Positions 49,212 through 57,971 of a stretch of 64,000 bases of DNA are shown here, piece by piece; positions within the stretch are counted from its first letter, which is position 1, and each line of letters starts with the position of its first letter. The DNA is from an uncultured Bacilli bacterium (GTDB taxonomy: Bacteria; Bacillota_I; Bacilli_A; RFN20; CAG-826): assembly GCA_944358985.1 (NCBI GenBank), contig CALVSI010000005.1, forward strand, positions 418 to 64,417. Direction: 5' to 3'. Under the pieces are notes generated by a model. That model was not told the DNA's origin. It did not search any database and saw only the letters and a program-made list of their open reading frames with translations. Both the position numbers and the translations under genes were made by a program.

Positions 49212-50928
49212 AAGACTTAAATTTATATTATCAATTGGTGCGATTGGATTAACAGGTCTAGCACTTACTGCGTGCTCTGCTAATTTTTGTTCTATCGAAG
49301 ATAACGCCCAAATTGTTTATTCTTACGACGTTTACAACATAGTTGATGAAAGTGGACAAAACACAGGAAAATATAGTTTTGGCATTTCTACATATTACGA
49401 CGAAAACGACGAATCTCGTCCTAAAGAAGCAGAAAAACTAGAGGGATTTGGTCAACTTTATGTTGTTTACGATATAGACAGCAATCTCGCCTTAAAAGCT
49501 ATAAACGAAAACGCTATTAGTAACAACATTAGAGTCAACGATTATACAAAATTTTGGGCTGAGATGGATAATAAATTTTTAAATTTAGCTATTCAAGCCG
49601 CGATTGAAAACAACGCAAGCTATAATACAGACAAAAATACAATGACGTATTCTGATGTTTGCAACATTTTAATCGGCGATCGAAACGGAAACGAAAAAGG
49701 ATATGGTTATTTAAAATATATCGGTTTAAATAGCGAAGGCGTTCAAACCAACTGGAAAACATGGAATCTATATTTAACCGAAGTTAGATACGATATAGGC
49801 GTAGATATGTGTCCGGATAACGATTTTGTTGAATATTATCAAACCAACATGACAAATTATTCTACAACATCTAGAACTTGTATTGCTACCGAAGATGGAT
49901 TTTATGGTTATTATGGTTTTGATAATAACAACAAATTAGAAATGTTTATCGAAGGAAAAGATTGGAATTATGCTTGGAGTCTTGGCTTTTTAGAAGGACT
50001 TCTTGTTTATCCAATTGGTTGGTTGATTGATCAAACAGCGGTATCATTTATGGCTGGTATTGGTGCTGGTTGGGGCCAAGTTTTAGCCATCTTTGTAATT
50101 ACATTTTTGATTCGTGCTGTTATGATGGTTTTCACATTAGGACAAACGTTAACCAGTCAAAAAATGAACGACTTGCAACCAGAAATGGCTAAAATACAAG
50201 CAAAATATCCTAACGCAAATACCAATCGAAGCGAACAACAAGCATTAGCAATGGAAACTAGTGCTTTATATAAGAAAAACAAAGTACACCCATTTTTATC
50301 AATGATTTTGATGATTGTTCAATTCCCTGTTTTCTTATGTGTTTGGAGCGCGATGTCTGGCTCGGCGGTATTAGCAAGCAACGAATTTTTAGGTTTAAGA
50401 CTTAGTTTGTCGGTTCAAGATGTTTTATTTAATATAGAAAATTGGCCAAACAACCCGGGTTGGTGGACGGCACTCGTTGTTTTCATAATAATGGCACTTT
50501 TGCAGACTTTTGCAATGCTTTTGCCACAATTTATACAAAAACATAGACAAAAAAAGATACCAAAAACATTGGTAAATAACAATTTAAATAAACAAAACAA
50601 AATGATGAAATGGTTTACAATCATCATGCTTGTATTCATTATTTTTATGGGCTTCTCAATGGCTTCTGGTATGGTTATTTATTGGATAGCGGGTTCGATT
50701 TGGTCTGTTGCGCAAACATTGATTTTAGAATTAATTAAATATTTGAAAAACAAGAGCAAAAACAAACCTAGAAAACCAGTCCATCAAACCTCTAATAACG
50801 TCGTTATCGATGCTGAAGTTATTCCACAACAATTTGTTGCTCCAACAGGAAAAAAGAAATTTAAAGATCGTAATTTGAAAAAACAAAACAATGATAGTAA
50901 TAATGATAAAGGAGATAATAATTCATGA
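49204..50928 (+). CDS. yidC: membrane protein insertase YidC, lipoprotein with a long N-terminal extracytoplasmic domain
   Basis: 574 aa. Lipobox LALTAC, an N-domain of about 230 aa, the YidC/Oxa1 core from about aa 255 (PIGWLID..., QKMNDLQPEM, YKKNKVHPF) and a Lys-rich C-tail. Confidence 0.9.
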   Translation: MNKRLKFILSIGAIGLTGLALTACSANFCSIEDNAQIVYSYDVYNIVDESGQNTGKYSFGISTYYDENDESRPKEAEKLEGFGQLYVVYDIDSNLALKAINENAISNNIRVNDYTKFWAEMDNKFLNLAIQAAIENNASYNTDKNTMTYSDVCNILIGDRNGNEKGYGYLKYIGLNSEGVQTNWKTWNLYLTEVRYDIGVDMCPDNDFVEYYQTNMTNYSTTSRTCIATEDGFYGYYGFDNNNKLEMFIEGKDWNYAWSLGFLEGLLVYPIGWLIDQTAVSFMAGIGAGWGQVLAIFVITFLIRAVMMVFTLGQTLTSQKMNDLQPEMAKIQAKYPNANTNRSEQQALAMETSALYKKNKVHPFLSMILMIVQFPVFLCVWSAMSGSAVLASNEFLGLRLSLSVQDVLFNIENWPNNPGWWTALVVFIIMALLQTFAMLLPQFIQKHRQKKIPKTLVNNNLNKQNKMMKWFTIIMLVFIIFMGFSMASGMVIYWIAGSIWSVAQTLILELIKYLKNKSKNKPRKPVHQTSNNVVIDAEVIPQQFVAPTGKKKFKDRNLKKQNNDSNNDKGDNNS

Positions 50929-51593
50929 AAGAGTTTGTAGCAAAAACTTTAGAAGATGCTTTGCAAAAAGCGTGTGCTGAACTACAATGCGAAAAAGAAG
51001 ATTTGGTTTATTCAATTGAAGAAGAAAAGAAAACGCTTTTTACCAAGCGTGTTGTGATTAACGTTTACGAACTTGAAGATGTGGTTGATTATGCAGAAAC
51101 ATACATTTTAAACATCACAGACACTTTAGGTATTGAAGCCACCGCTTCAACAACGTTAAAAGATGATATGATTAAAATCACAATTGATTCTACTAATAAC
51201 CCAATACTAATTGGAAAAAATGGCAAAACACTTCAAGCGATGGCCGAATTAACCAAATTAGCGGTCGCAGTTAAATTTAAAAGACGTTTCCGTCTTCTCA
51301 TCGATATAAACGGATATAAAGATTCCAAATATAGAAAACTTGTTCATTTAGCCAAAAAAACCGCTAAGCAAGTACAAAGAACAAAAACTGATGCAGTATT
51401 AGATCCAATGCCTGCTGACGAAAGAAGAATTGTTCATAATGCAATCCATGGATTTAAAAATATAAAAACCATTTCACAAGGCGATGGAACGCATAGACAA
51501 GTTCACATCGTATTTGTTGAAAGCGAAAACAAAGTTTTAGAAGCAGTTACAGATGCAGTTGAAGAACAAACTTCTAATCAAGAAAACGAATAA
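50925..51593 (+). CDS. jag: RNA-binding protein Jag/KhpB (Jag-N, KH, R3H)
   Basis: 222 aa. KH region LIGKNGKTLQAM, R3H region ERRIVHNAI, and the conserved yidC-jag pairing. Confidence 0.9.
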   Translation: MKEFVAKTLEDALQKACAELQCEKEDLVYSIEEEKKTLFTKRVVINVYELEDVVDYAETYILNITDTLGIEATASTTLKDDMIKITIDSTNNPILIGKNGKTLQAMAELTKLAVAVKFKRRFRLLIDINGYKDSKYRKLVHLAKKTAKQVQRTKTDAVLDPMPADERRIVHNAIHGFKNIKTISQGDGTHRQVHIVFVESENKVLEAVTDAVEEQTSNQENE

Positions 51594-51595
51594 TT

Positions 51596-51616
51596 AAAGC
51601 GGGAAACCGCTTTTTT
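51596..51616 (+). terminator. rho-independent terminator after jag
   Basis: AAAGCGG-GAAA-CCGCTTT hairpin with a GNRA loop, followed by TTT. Starts 3 nt after the jag stop. Confidence 0.8.
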
Positions 51617-51619
51617 AAA

Positions 51620-51628
51620 TGATATAAT
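51620..51628 (+). promoter_or_regulatory. extended -10 promoter (TGATATAAT) of mnmE
   Basis: The hexamer ends at 51628. The first in-frame ATG (51631) is only 2 nt away, so it cannot be inside the transcript. The second ATG (51637) is 8 nt away. No SD. Confidence 0.6.
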
Positions 51629-51636
51629 ATATGAGT

Positions 51637-52974
51637 ATGTTAGCGGATACAATTTATGCTTTGGCAACACCACCATTTAAATCAGCGTTAGCAGTTGTTA
51701 GAATATCGGGTGACGATAGTATTAATATTGTTAATAATTTCTTTTCATGCGATTTAAATAAGTACAACAAAAATTCAATCGTAAATGGTGATATTTTAGA
51801 TGAAAAAAATATTGTTGATAATGTTGTTTTGTTAATTTATCACGCTCCTAAAAGTTTTACGGGAGAAAATAGTATTGAAATAATTTGTCATGGTTCGATG
51901 CTTGTTGTTGAACAAATTTTTAAATTATTATCAAGATATGGTGCTAGACAAGCAAAAAACGGCGAATATACACAACGAGCGTTTTTAAATAGAAAACTTG
52001 ATTTAATTCAAGCGGAAGCTATTCAAGATTTAATAGACGCTAAAACACCGCAAGCAAAAAATATATCAATGCTTTCGTTAAAAGGAGAAACAACAAAACA
52101 ATTTTTGCCTATTAAACAGCAAATAGAGGATTTGTTATGTGACATCGAAGTTCATTTTGATTATCCAGAAGAAGTTGGTGATATAGAGTTGTCTTATATC
52201 GAAGTAGAAAAGAAAATCGATAAGATAATTGATGAAATTAATACATTATTAATTCATTCTAAAAAAGGCAAGATAATTAAAGATGGTGTAAATGTTGCTA
52301 TTATTGGAAAACCAAACGTTGGAAAGTCATCAATATTAAATGCTCTTTTAGATGAAGAAAAAGCTATTGTGACTCCAATTGCTGGCACCACAAGAGATAT
52401 TGTTGAGGGTGAAATAAATTGTCACGGAATAATTTTGCATTTATTAGACACAGCAGGTATTAGAAATAGTGATGATTATGTTGAAAATATTGGTGTGGAA
52501 AAAGCCAAATCAACAATTGAAAAAGCCGATTTGATTATTGTTGTTTTAGCTGCGGATAGTCAACTCGATAGTTATGATAAAGAGATATTAGATTTAACAA
52601 AAAACAAAAAAAGAATAATTGTATTTAATAAATCAGATTTAATAAATACCACGACTAAAGAACCAACAAATCTTTATATATCTGCTTTAAAAAAGGAAAT
52701 AGACCCATTAAAAAAAGAAATTTTGAAAGTTTTAAACATTGAAGAAAATGACTTCGTAACGCCCTCGTTAGCTAACGCTAGACAAGAAGGTTTGTTAGAA
52801 CAAATTAAACAATCTTTAAAAACTGCTAAAAGCGAAACAAAATTATTAAAGCCAATGGATTTAATTTCGATTAATTTAACAGCCGCTTATCAAGATAGTT
52901 TGCAGTTAATTGGGAAAACCCCAGACATAGATATCGCTAATGAAATATTTAAAAGGTTTTGTGTAGGTAAATAA
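51637..52974 (+). CDS. mnmE: tRNA uridine-5-carboxymethylaminomethyl modification GTPase MnmE
   Basis: 445 aa from ATG 51637; the track start at 51631 lies too close to the -10 box. DTIYALATPP N-terminus, G-domain GKPNVGKSS / DTAG / NKSD, C-terminal FCVGK. Confidence 0.93.
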   Translation: MLADTIYALATPPFKSALAVVRISGDDSINIVNNFFSCDLNKYNKNSIVNGDILDEKNIVDNVVLLIYHAPKSFTGENSIEIICHGSMLVVEQIFKLLSRYGARQAKNGEYTQRAFLNRKLDLIQAEAIQDLIDAKTPQAKNISMLSLKGETTKQFLPIKQQIEDLLCDIEVHFDYPEEVGDIELSYIEVEKKIDKIIDEINTLLIHSKKGKIIKDGVNVAIIGKPNVGKSSILNALLDEEKAIVTPIAGTTRDIVEGEINCHGIILHLLDTAGIRNSDDYVENIGVEKAKSTIEKADLIIVVLAADSQLDSYDKEILDLTKNKKRIIVFNKSDLINTTTKEPTNLYISALKKEIDPLKKEILKVLNIEENDFVTPSLANARQEGLLEQIKQSLKTAKSETKLLKPMDLISINLTAAYQDSLQLIGKTPDIDIANEIFKRFCVGK

Positions 52975-52975
52975 A

Positions 52976-53746
52976 ATGGAAATTTTTGACACTCATTGCC
53001 ATTTGAATCATCCTGATTTATATAAAAATATAGAAAAAATCATTAAAGACGCACAAGATGTTGGAGTGAAGTATTTTTTAGTTGTTGGTTTTGATAAAGA
53101 AACTTCACTTAAGGCAGTAGAAATCGCTTCTAAATATGAAAACGTTTATGCAACAGTTGGTTTTCATCCTACCGAAATTGATGATGTTTCAGAAAGTGAT
53201 TTTATCCAAGTAATGAATTTATTAAAACACCCAAAAGTAAAAGCATTAGGTGAAATTGGTTTGGATTATTATTGGATTAAAGATCACAACAAACAAAACA
53301 AACAAAAAGAATGGTTTGTTAAGCAAATTAAATACGCAAACAAAAACAACATTCCAGTAGTGGTGCACTGTCGTGATGCGATAATGGATTGCTACCAAAT
53401 ATTAAAACAATATGACACTAATCACAAAGGGGTTCTTCATTGTTTTTCTTCTTCCATTGAAATGGCAAACAAATTTACTAAGCTTGGGTATTATATTGGT
53501 TTAGATGGTCCAGTCACTTTTTTAAATTCAAAGCAGCCAAAAGAAGTTGCAAAAGAAGTTGATATTAATCATTTGTTGGTTGAAACAGACTGTCCATATT
53601 TAACACCACATCCGTATCGAGGACAACAAAACGAGCCAAAATTTATTACTTTAGTAATAGAAGAAATCGCAAAATTAAGAAATTTAAGTTATGATGATGT
53701 TGCAAACACAACATCTAATAATGCAAAAAAATTGTTCCACGTGTAA
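52976..53746 (+). CDS. tatD: TatD-family metal-dependent hydrolase
   Basis: 256 aa. FDTHCHL, GEIGLDY, VVHCRDA and ETDCPYL motifs. Confidence 0.92.
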   Translation: MEIFDTHCHLNHPDLYKNIEKIIKDAQDVGVKYFLVVGFDKETSLKAVEIASKYENVYATVGFHPTEIDDVSESDFIQVMNLLKHPKVKALGEIGLDYYWIKDHNKQNKQKEWFVKQIKYANKNNIPVVVHCRDAIMDCYQILKQYDTNHKGVLHCFSSSIEMANKFTKLGYYIGLDGPVTFLNSKQPKEVAKEVDINHLLVETDCPYLTPHPYRGQQNEPKFITLVIEEIAKLRNLSYDDVANTTSNNAKKLFHV

Positions 53747-53749
53747 AAT

Positions 53750-54283
53750 ATGAAACAAAGTATTGATGGTTTTTTGATTGTTGAAGGGATTGCAGATAAA
53801 GCATTTTTATCCTCGTTTTTAAATTGCGAAATTATATGCATGGGTGGATATGATATGCCACGTGGAACATTAGACTACATATCACAACTCTGCCGTGTAT
53901 CTCAACCAATAATATTAACAGATCAAGACGAAGCCGGAAGAATAATAGCAAAAAGATTGAAAAATGTTTTTCCTAATGCATTGAATGCATTAGTGGTGTT
54001 TAAAAATAGAAAAAATTATCAAAAAAATGGTATTGCAGAAACGTCAAAAGAAAGTGTACTTAATGCCTTAAGACCTTTTATAATAGATACCGAAAAATTT
54101 TCGTTTCAATTAACTAACAAAGATCTGGTTGATTTAGGTTTATTTGATGTAAAAAAGAGAAAATATTTGCAAAACAGACTTAAAATTGGAAATTGTAATT
54201 TTAAAACAACAATTAGACGACTTAATTATTTAAAATATACCAAAAAAGATATAGAAAGAGCGATGATAGATTATGATTATTGA
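53750..54283 (+). CDS. rnmV: ribonuclease M5 (Toprim domain)
   Basis: 177 aa. Toprim VEG..D and TDQDEAG motifs. Conserved tatD-rnmV-ksgA order. Confidence 0.85.
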   Translation: MKQSIDGFLIVEGIADKAFLSSFLNCEIICMGGYDMPRGTLDYISQLCRVSQPIILTDQDEAGRIIAKRLKNVFPNALNALVVFKNRKNYQKNGIAETSKESVLNALRPFIIDTEKFSFQLTNKDLVDLGLFDVKKRKYLQNRLKIGNCNFKTTIRRLNYLKYTKKDIERAMIDYDY

Positions 54284-55076
54284 TAGTAAAACAATTAAAG
54301 ATGTTTTTCGTCTCTTAGGAATTAATTCAAACAAAAATTTGGGCCAAAATTTTTTAATCAATCCTCAAATAGCAAACGACATTGTAGCATGTCTTCATCC
54401 TGATTTAGATTCTTGTCTTTTAGAGATTGGCTCGGGTTTAGGTTCTTTAACCCATTTTTTAGTAAATTCACATTTGGATATTGTTGAAATCGATAAATCA
54501 TTAGTTAGATTTTTAAAAGATACCTACCCTAACGATAATATTAACATTTATAATGATGATATTTTGCAATTTGATGTTTCAAAATATGAATATATAATTT
54601 CAAATCTTCCTTATTACATAACAACAGATATTGTGACTTATTTGTTGTTGCACGCTAAAAGGGCTAAAAGAATTGTTTTAATGATGCAAAAAGAAGCTGC
54701 TGGTAGATTTATGAATCTAGAAAATAACGATGATTACGGTCCGGTTTCTATTCTTATTCATTTGTTAGGAAATATACAAAAAGAATTTTATGTTGGGAAA
54801 AACAATTTTTATCCAATTCCTTGTGTTGATTCTGTTGTTTTATCAATAGATATAGATACTAATAAAAGGACTGAAACAAATTTTAAAATTTATAAAATGT
54901 GTAAAGTCTTATTTAAAAATAGAAGAAAAACAATTTTAAATAATCTTACTAATTATCTTGCAAGCAAAGAAAAAGCATCTGAAATTTTAAAAAAAGTTAA
55001 TATAGAAGCAAATTCAAGACCAGAAAATATAACAATTGAACAATATTGCAAACTATATTATTTATTAAATAATTAA
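54273..55076 (+). CDS. rsmA: 16S rRNA (adenine1518/1519-N6)-dimethyltransferase RsmA/KsgA
   Basis: 267 aa. LGQNFL start motif, SAM site EIGSGLGSLT, and NLPY. Confidence 0.94.
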   Translation: MIIDSKTIKDVFRLLGINSNKNLGQNFLINPQIANDIVACLHPDLDSCLLEIGSGLGSLTHFLVNSHLDIVEIDKSLVRFLKDTYPNDNINIYNDDILQFDVSKYEYIISNLPYYITTDIVTYLLLHAKRAKRIVLMMQKEAAGRFMNLENNDDYGPVSILIHLLGNIQKEFYVGKNNFYPIPCVDSVVLSIDIDTNKRTETNFKIYKMCKVLFKNRRKTILNNLTNYLASKEKASEILKKVNIEANSRPENITIEQYCKLYYLLNN

Positions 55077-55090
55077 GGTATAATAAAAAT

Positions 55091-55957
55091 ATGCTAGTTA
55101 AGTGTTATGCAAAAATAAATATAGTATTAAATGTTTTAGGAAAATATAACGATAAATTGCATGAGATAGATTCAATTATGCTTCCTTTAAAATTGCACGA
55201 TTCTATACTTATTACCAAATTAAAAGACAATAGAGACAGCTTTGTTACCTTTGCTGATTATTCAATGGGTGGTTTTGAAAACAATTTATCGACATTAGCG
55301 TTAGAAAAATTTAAAGAAAAAACTGGATCAAATGAAGAATTTAGAATTTTAATTAATAAAGCAATACCGATTTCTGCAGGATTGGGTGGCGGTTCTTCTA
55401 ATTGCGCGGGTACTTTAATTGGATTAAAAAGAATTACAAACAGCGATATATCTTTAGATGAATTAGCAAAAATTGGTTTTTCGCTAGGAAGCGATGTTCC
55501 ATTTTTCTTATATAACGTACCTGCAAGGGTTCAGGGGGCAGGCGAAAAAATAACTCCTATTTTTGTTAAAAACGATTATTATGTTTTAATAGTCAAACCA
55601 AAAGAAGGACTATCTACAAAACTAGTTTATGATACAAGCGACAATTTTAAATTACCAGTATATGATATTGAAAAAACACTGATAGCGTTAGCAAATGGTG
55701 ATGATGAGACATTAGTGGACGCTATTGGAAATAGTCTAGAAGAAACTTCAATTTCTTTATTAGAAGAAATACAAACAGTCAAAGACGAGATGAAAAATCT
55801 TGGCTTAAAAATTGTTTTAATGTCTGGTTCTGGCTCAAGTGTTTTTGCAATGTCCACCGATAAAAAATTAATAAAAAAAGCTTATAAATATTTCCTAAAA
55901 AAATATGAAGACTACGATATTGAATTTACATCAGTTTTAAAGGAAGAAAAAAGATGA
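55091..55957 (+). CDS. ispE: 4-diphosphocytidyl-2-C-methyl-D-erythritol kinase
   Basis: 288 aa. AKINIVLNV start and GHMP kinase motif PISAGLGGGSSN. Confidence 0.9.
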   Translation: MLVKCYAKINIVLNVLGKYNDKLHEIDSIMLPLKLHDSILITKLKDNRDSFVTFADYSMGGFENNLSTLALEKFKEKTGSNEEFRILINKAIPISAGLGGGSSNCAGTLIGLKRITNSDISLDELAKIGFSLGSDVPFFLYNVPARVQGAGEKITPIFVKNDYYVLIVKPKEGLSTKLVYDTSDNFKLPVYDIEKTLIALANGDDETLVDAIGNSLEETSISLLEEIQTVKDEMKNLGLKIVLMSGSGSSVFAMSTDKKLIKKAYKYFLKKYEDYDIEFTSVLKEEKR

Positions 55958-57366
55958 TTGGTAAAAAATTAGTTGCGATAGTTTTGGCTGCTGGTCATGG
56001 TACACGTATGCACGCTATTGATAAATCGTATAACAAAGTTTGTTATCCTATATTAGGAAAACCAATTGTAAGATATGTTGTTGATGCAATTAAAGTATTA
56101 AATCCCACTAATATAATTGCAGTAGTAGGCAGTGGAAAAGATGTTTCAACATCAATTTTAAAAGATGATTGTAAAGTAGTTGAACAGGTTGAGATTAATG
56201 GAACTCTTGGTGCGTTAAAATGCTGTGTCGATGAATTATCAAATTTTGATGGGGATGTAATAGTAGCGTATGGCGATATACCATTAATCGAGAAACAAAC
56301 TTTATTGGAAATGTATGAAAAACACTGCAAAACCCATTCAAATTTAACAATTTTAACATCAATTTTACTAAATCCTTATGGATATAACAAAATAATAAGA
56401 GACAACAAAACGCAAGCTGTTTTAAAAATTAATGAAGAAAAAGAAATTGATTTTGACAATTATTCAACCGTTGAAGTTGATGGAGGAATATATATCTTTA
56501 GTTGCAAAGATTTAATAAAACATATAGATGAGGTTCAAAAGGATATAACTGGCGAATTGTCTATAATCTCTTTAGCGGAAATTTTCCATAACTCCAAATT
56601 AAAAATAGAAACATTTGTTACATCAGATAATCACGAAATTTATTCTATTAATGATAGATATCATATGGCTAAAGCATCTAAAATTTTAAAGAAAAGAATT
56701 AATGCGAAACTGATGCTATCTGGAGTTTCAATAGAAGATCCAAAAACAACATATATTTCACCCGATGTTGAAATATTACCTGATACAATTATTTTTCCAG
56801 GAACCACTATTGTTGGAAATTGTAAAATCGGACACTCTAATAGATTGGGACCAAACACCTTTCTAGAAAATGTTGTTATTGGAAATCATAATGTTATTAC
56901 TTTTTCTCATATTAGTAATTGTAAGATTAAAAACAATACTAACATTGGTCCATATTCTAGATTAAGAGATGGATGTGTTATTGAAGATAATGTCAAAATC
57001 TCTAATTTTGTAGAAATAAAAAAATCACACATAAATAAAGATGTAAAATGTTGTCATCTTTCATATATTGGAGATGCTGAAGTTGGCGAAAGCACAAATA
57101 TTGGATGTGGAACAATTACCGCTAATTATGATGGATTTAACAAACACAAAACAACAATAGGTAAAAATTGCTTTGTAGGTTCAGGAACTATTCTTATTGC
57201 ACCAATCAAATTAAATGATAATTGTTTTACAGCAGCAGGTTCTACTATTACAAAAGATGTTAACTTTGACGAATTGGCTATTGAAAGAGTTGAACAAACC
57301 AATATTAAAGGTGGGTATTCTCGCGTTTTAGATAAAGCCAAAAATAAAACAAACAAAAAGAATTAA
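55954..57366 (+). CDS. glmU: bifunctional UDP-GlcNAc pyrophosphorylase / GlcN-1-P N-acetyltransferase
   Basis: 470 aa. N-terminal LAAGHGTRM nucleotidyltransferase fold and a C-terminal left-handed beta-helix of hexapeptide repeats. Confidence 0.92.
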   Translation: MIGKKLVAIVLAAGHGTRMHAIDKSYNKVCYPILGKPIVRYVVDAIKVLNPTNIIAVVGSGKDVSTSILKDDCKVVEQVEINGTLGALKCCVDELSNFDGDVIVAYGDIPLIEKQTLLEMYEKHCKTHSNLTILTSILLNPYGYNKIIRDNKTQAVLKINEEKEIDFDNYSTVEVDGGIYIFSCKDLIKHIDEVQKDITGELSIISLAEIFHNSKLKIETFVTSDNHEIYSINDRYHMAKASKILKKRINAKLMLSGVSIEDPKTTYISPDVEILPDTIIFPGTTIVGNCKIGHSNRLGPNTFLENVVIGNHNVITFSHISNCKIKNNTNIGPYSRLRDGCVIEDNVKISNFVEIKKSHINKDVKCCHLSYIGDAEVGESTNIGCGTITANYDGFNKHKTTIGKNCFVGSGTILIAPIKLNDNCFTAAGSTITKDVNFDELAIERVEQTNIKGGYSRVLDKAKNKTNKKN

Positions 57367-57380
57367 TTATCGCGAAATTA

Positions 57381-57389
57381 TGATATAAT
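57381..57389 (+). promoter_or_regulatory. extended -10 promoter (TGATATAAT) of the SRP RNA
   Basis: The hexamer is 57384..57389. The predicted +1 near G57396 coincides with the first base of the SRP RNA closing helix. Confidence 0.65.
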
Positions 57390-57395
57390 ACACTT

Positions 57396-57477
57396 GCCAT
57401 CGCGATAGCGATTCTCGAACCAGGTCAGGACAGGAATGTAGCAGCCTTAAGACAATTCGCTATGTGCGATGGTTTTG
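57396..57477 (+). ncRNA. ffs: signal recognition particle RNA, short (4.5S-like) form without Alu domain
   Basis: CCAGGUCAGGACAGGAAUGUAGCAGCC matches the universal helix-8 motif CCAGGUCAGGUCCGGAAGGAAGCAGCC. The GGAA tetraloop is kept and the closing pairs show a compensatory change (UCC/GGA becomes ACA/UGU). The terminal helix pairs GCCAUCGC-GAUAGCGA with UCGCUAUG-GCGAUGGU. Ends are approximate to within about 4 nt. Confidence 0.88.
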
Positions 57478-57482
57478 GTATT

Positions 57483-57971
57483 ATGTTAAAAGATGATTCT
57501 TATTTCATGAAACTTGCTCTTAACGAAGCAAACAAAGCTTCTTTAAAAGACGAAGTGCCAGTAGGTGCTATTATTGTTAAGGATGGTATGGTGTTAGCAA
57601 AAGGACACAATTTAAAAGAAAGCAAAAACGATCCAACAGCGCACGCTGAAATTATTGCAATAAAAAAAGCATGCAAAAAGATTAAATCATGGAGATTAAA
57701 TGGTTGCAAAATATATGTTACTATCGAGCCATGCCCAATGTGTGCCGGTGCAATAATTGCTTCTAGGATAGAAGAAGTTGTATATGGTGTTTCTGATGAA
57801 AAGGGCGGTTCGTTTGGAACCATATTAAATTTATCAAATGTCAGCGGATTAAATCATAAGGTAAATGTTAAATCCAACGTTTTAGCTAACGAATGCAGCA
57901 TGATTATCAAAAGCTATTTTAAAAACAAAAGGGAGGTTAAAAAATGCAAAAAATTAACGCAAGCATCTTAA
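57483..57971 (+). CDS. tadA: tRNA-specific adenosine deaminase TadA
   Basis: 162 aa from ATG 57483. MLKDDSYFMKLALNEA aligns with the usual TadA N-terminus. Zinc motifs HAE and PCPMCAG are present. The track's 7-codon extension overlaps the SRP RNA. Confidence 0.93.
   Translation: MLKDDSYFMKLALNEANKASLKDEVPVGAIIVKDGMVLAKGHNLKESKNDPTAHAEIIAIKKACKKIKSWRLNGCKIYVTIEPCPMCAGAIIASRIEEVVYGVSDEKGGSFGTILNLSNVSGLNHKVNVKSNVLANECSMIIKSYFKNKREVKKCKKLTQAS

Noticed and set aside
57462-57482. 7-codon extension of tadA (MCDGFGI).
   Set aside because: It overlaps the 3' strand of the SRP RNA closing helix. The alignment of TadA N-termini supports ATG 57483.
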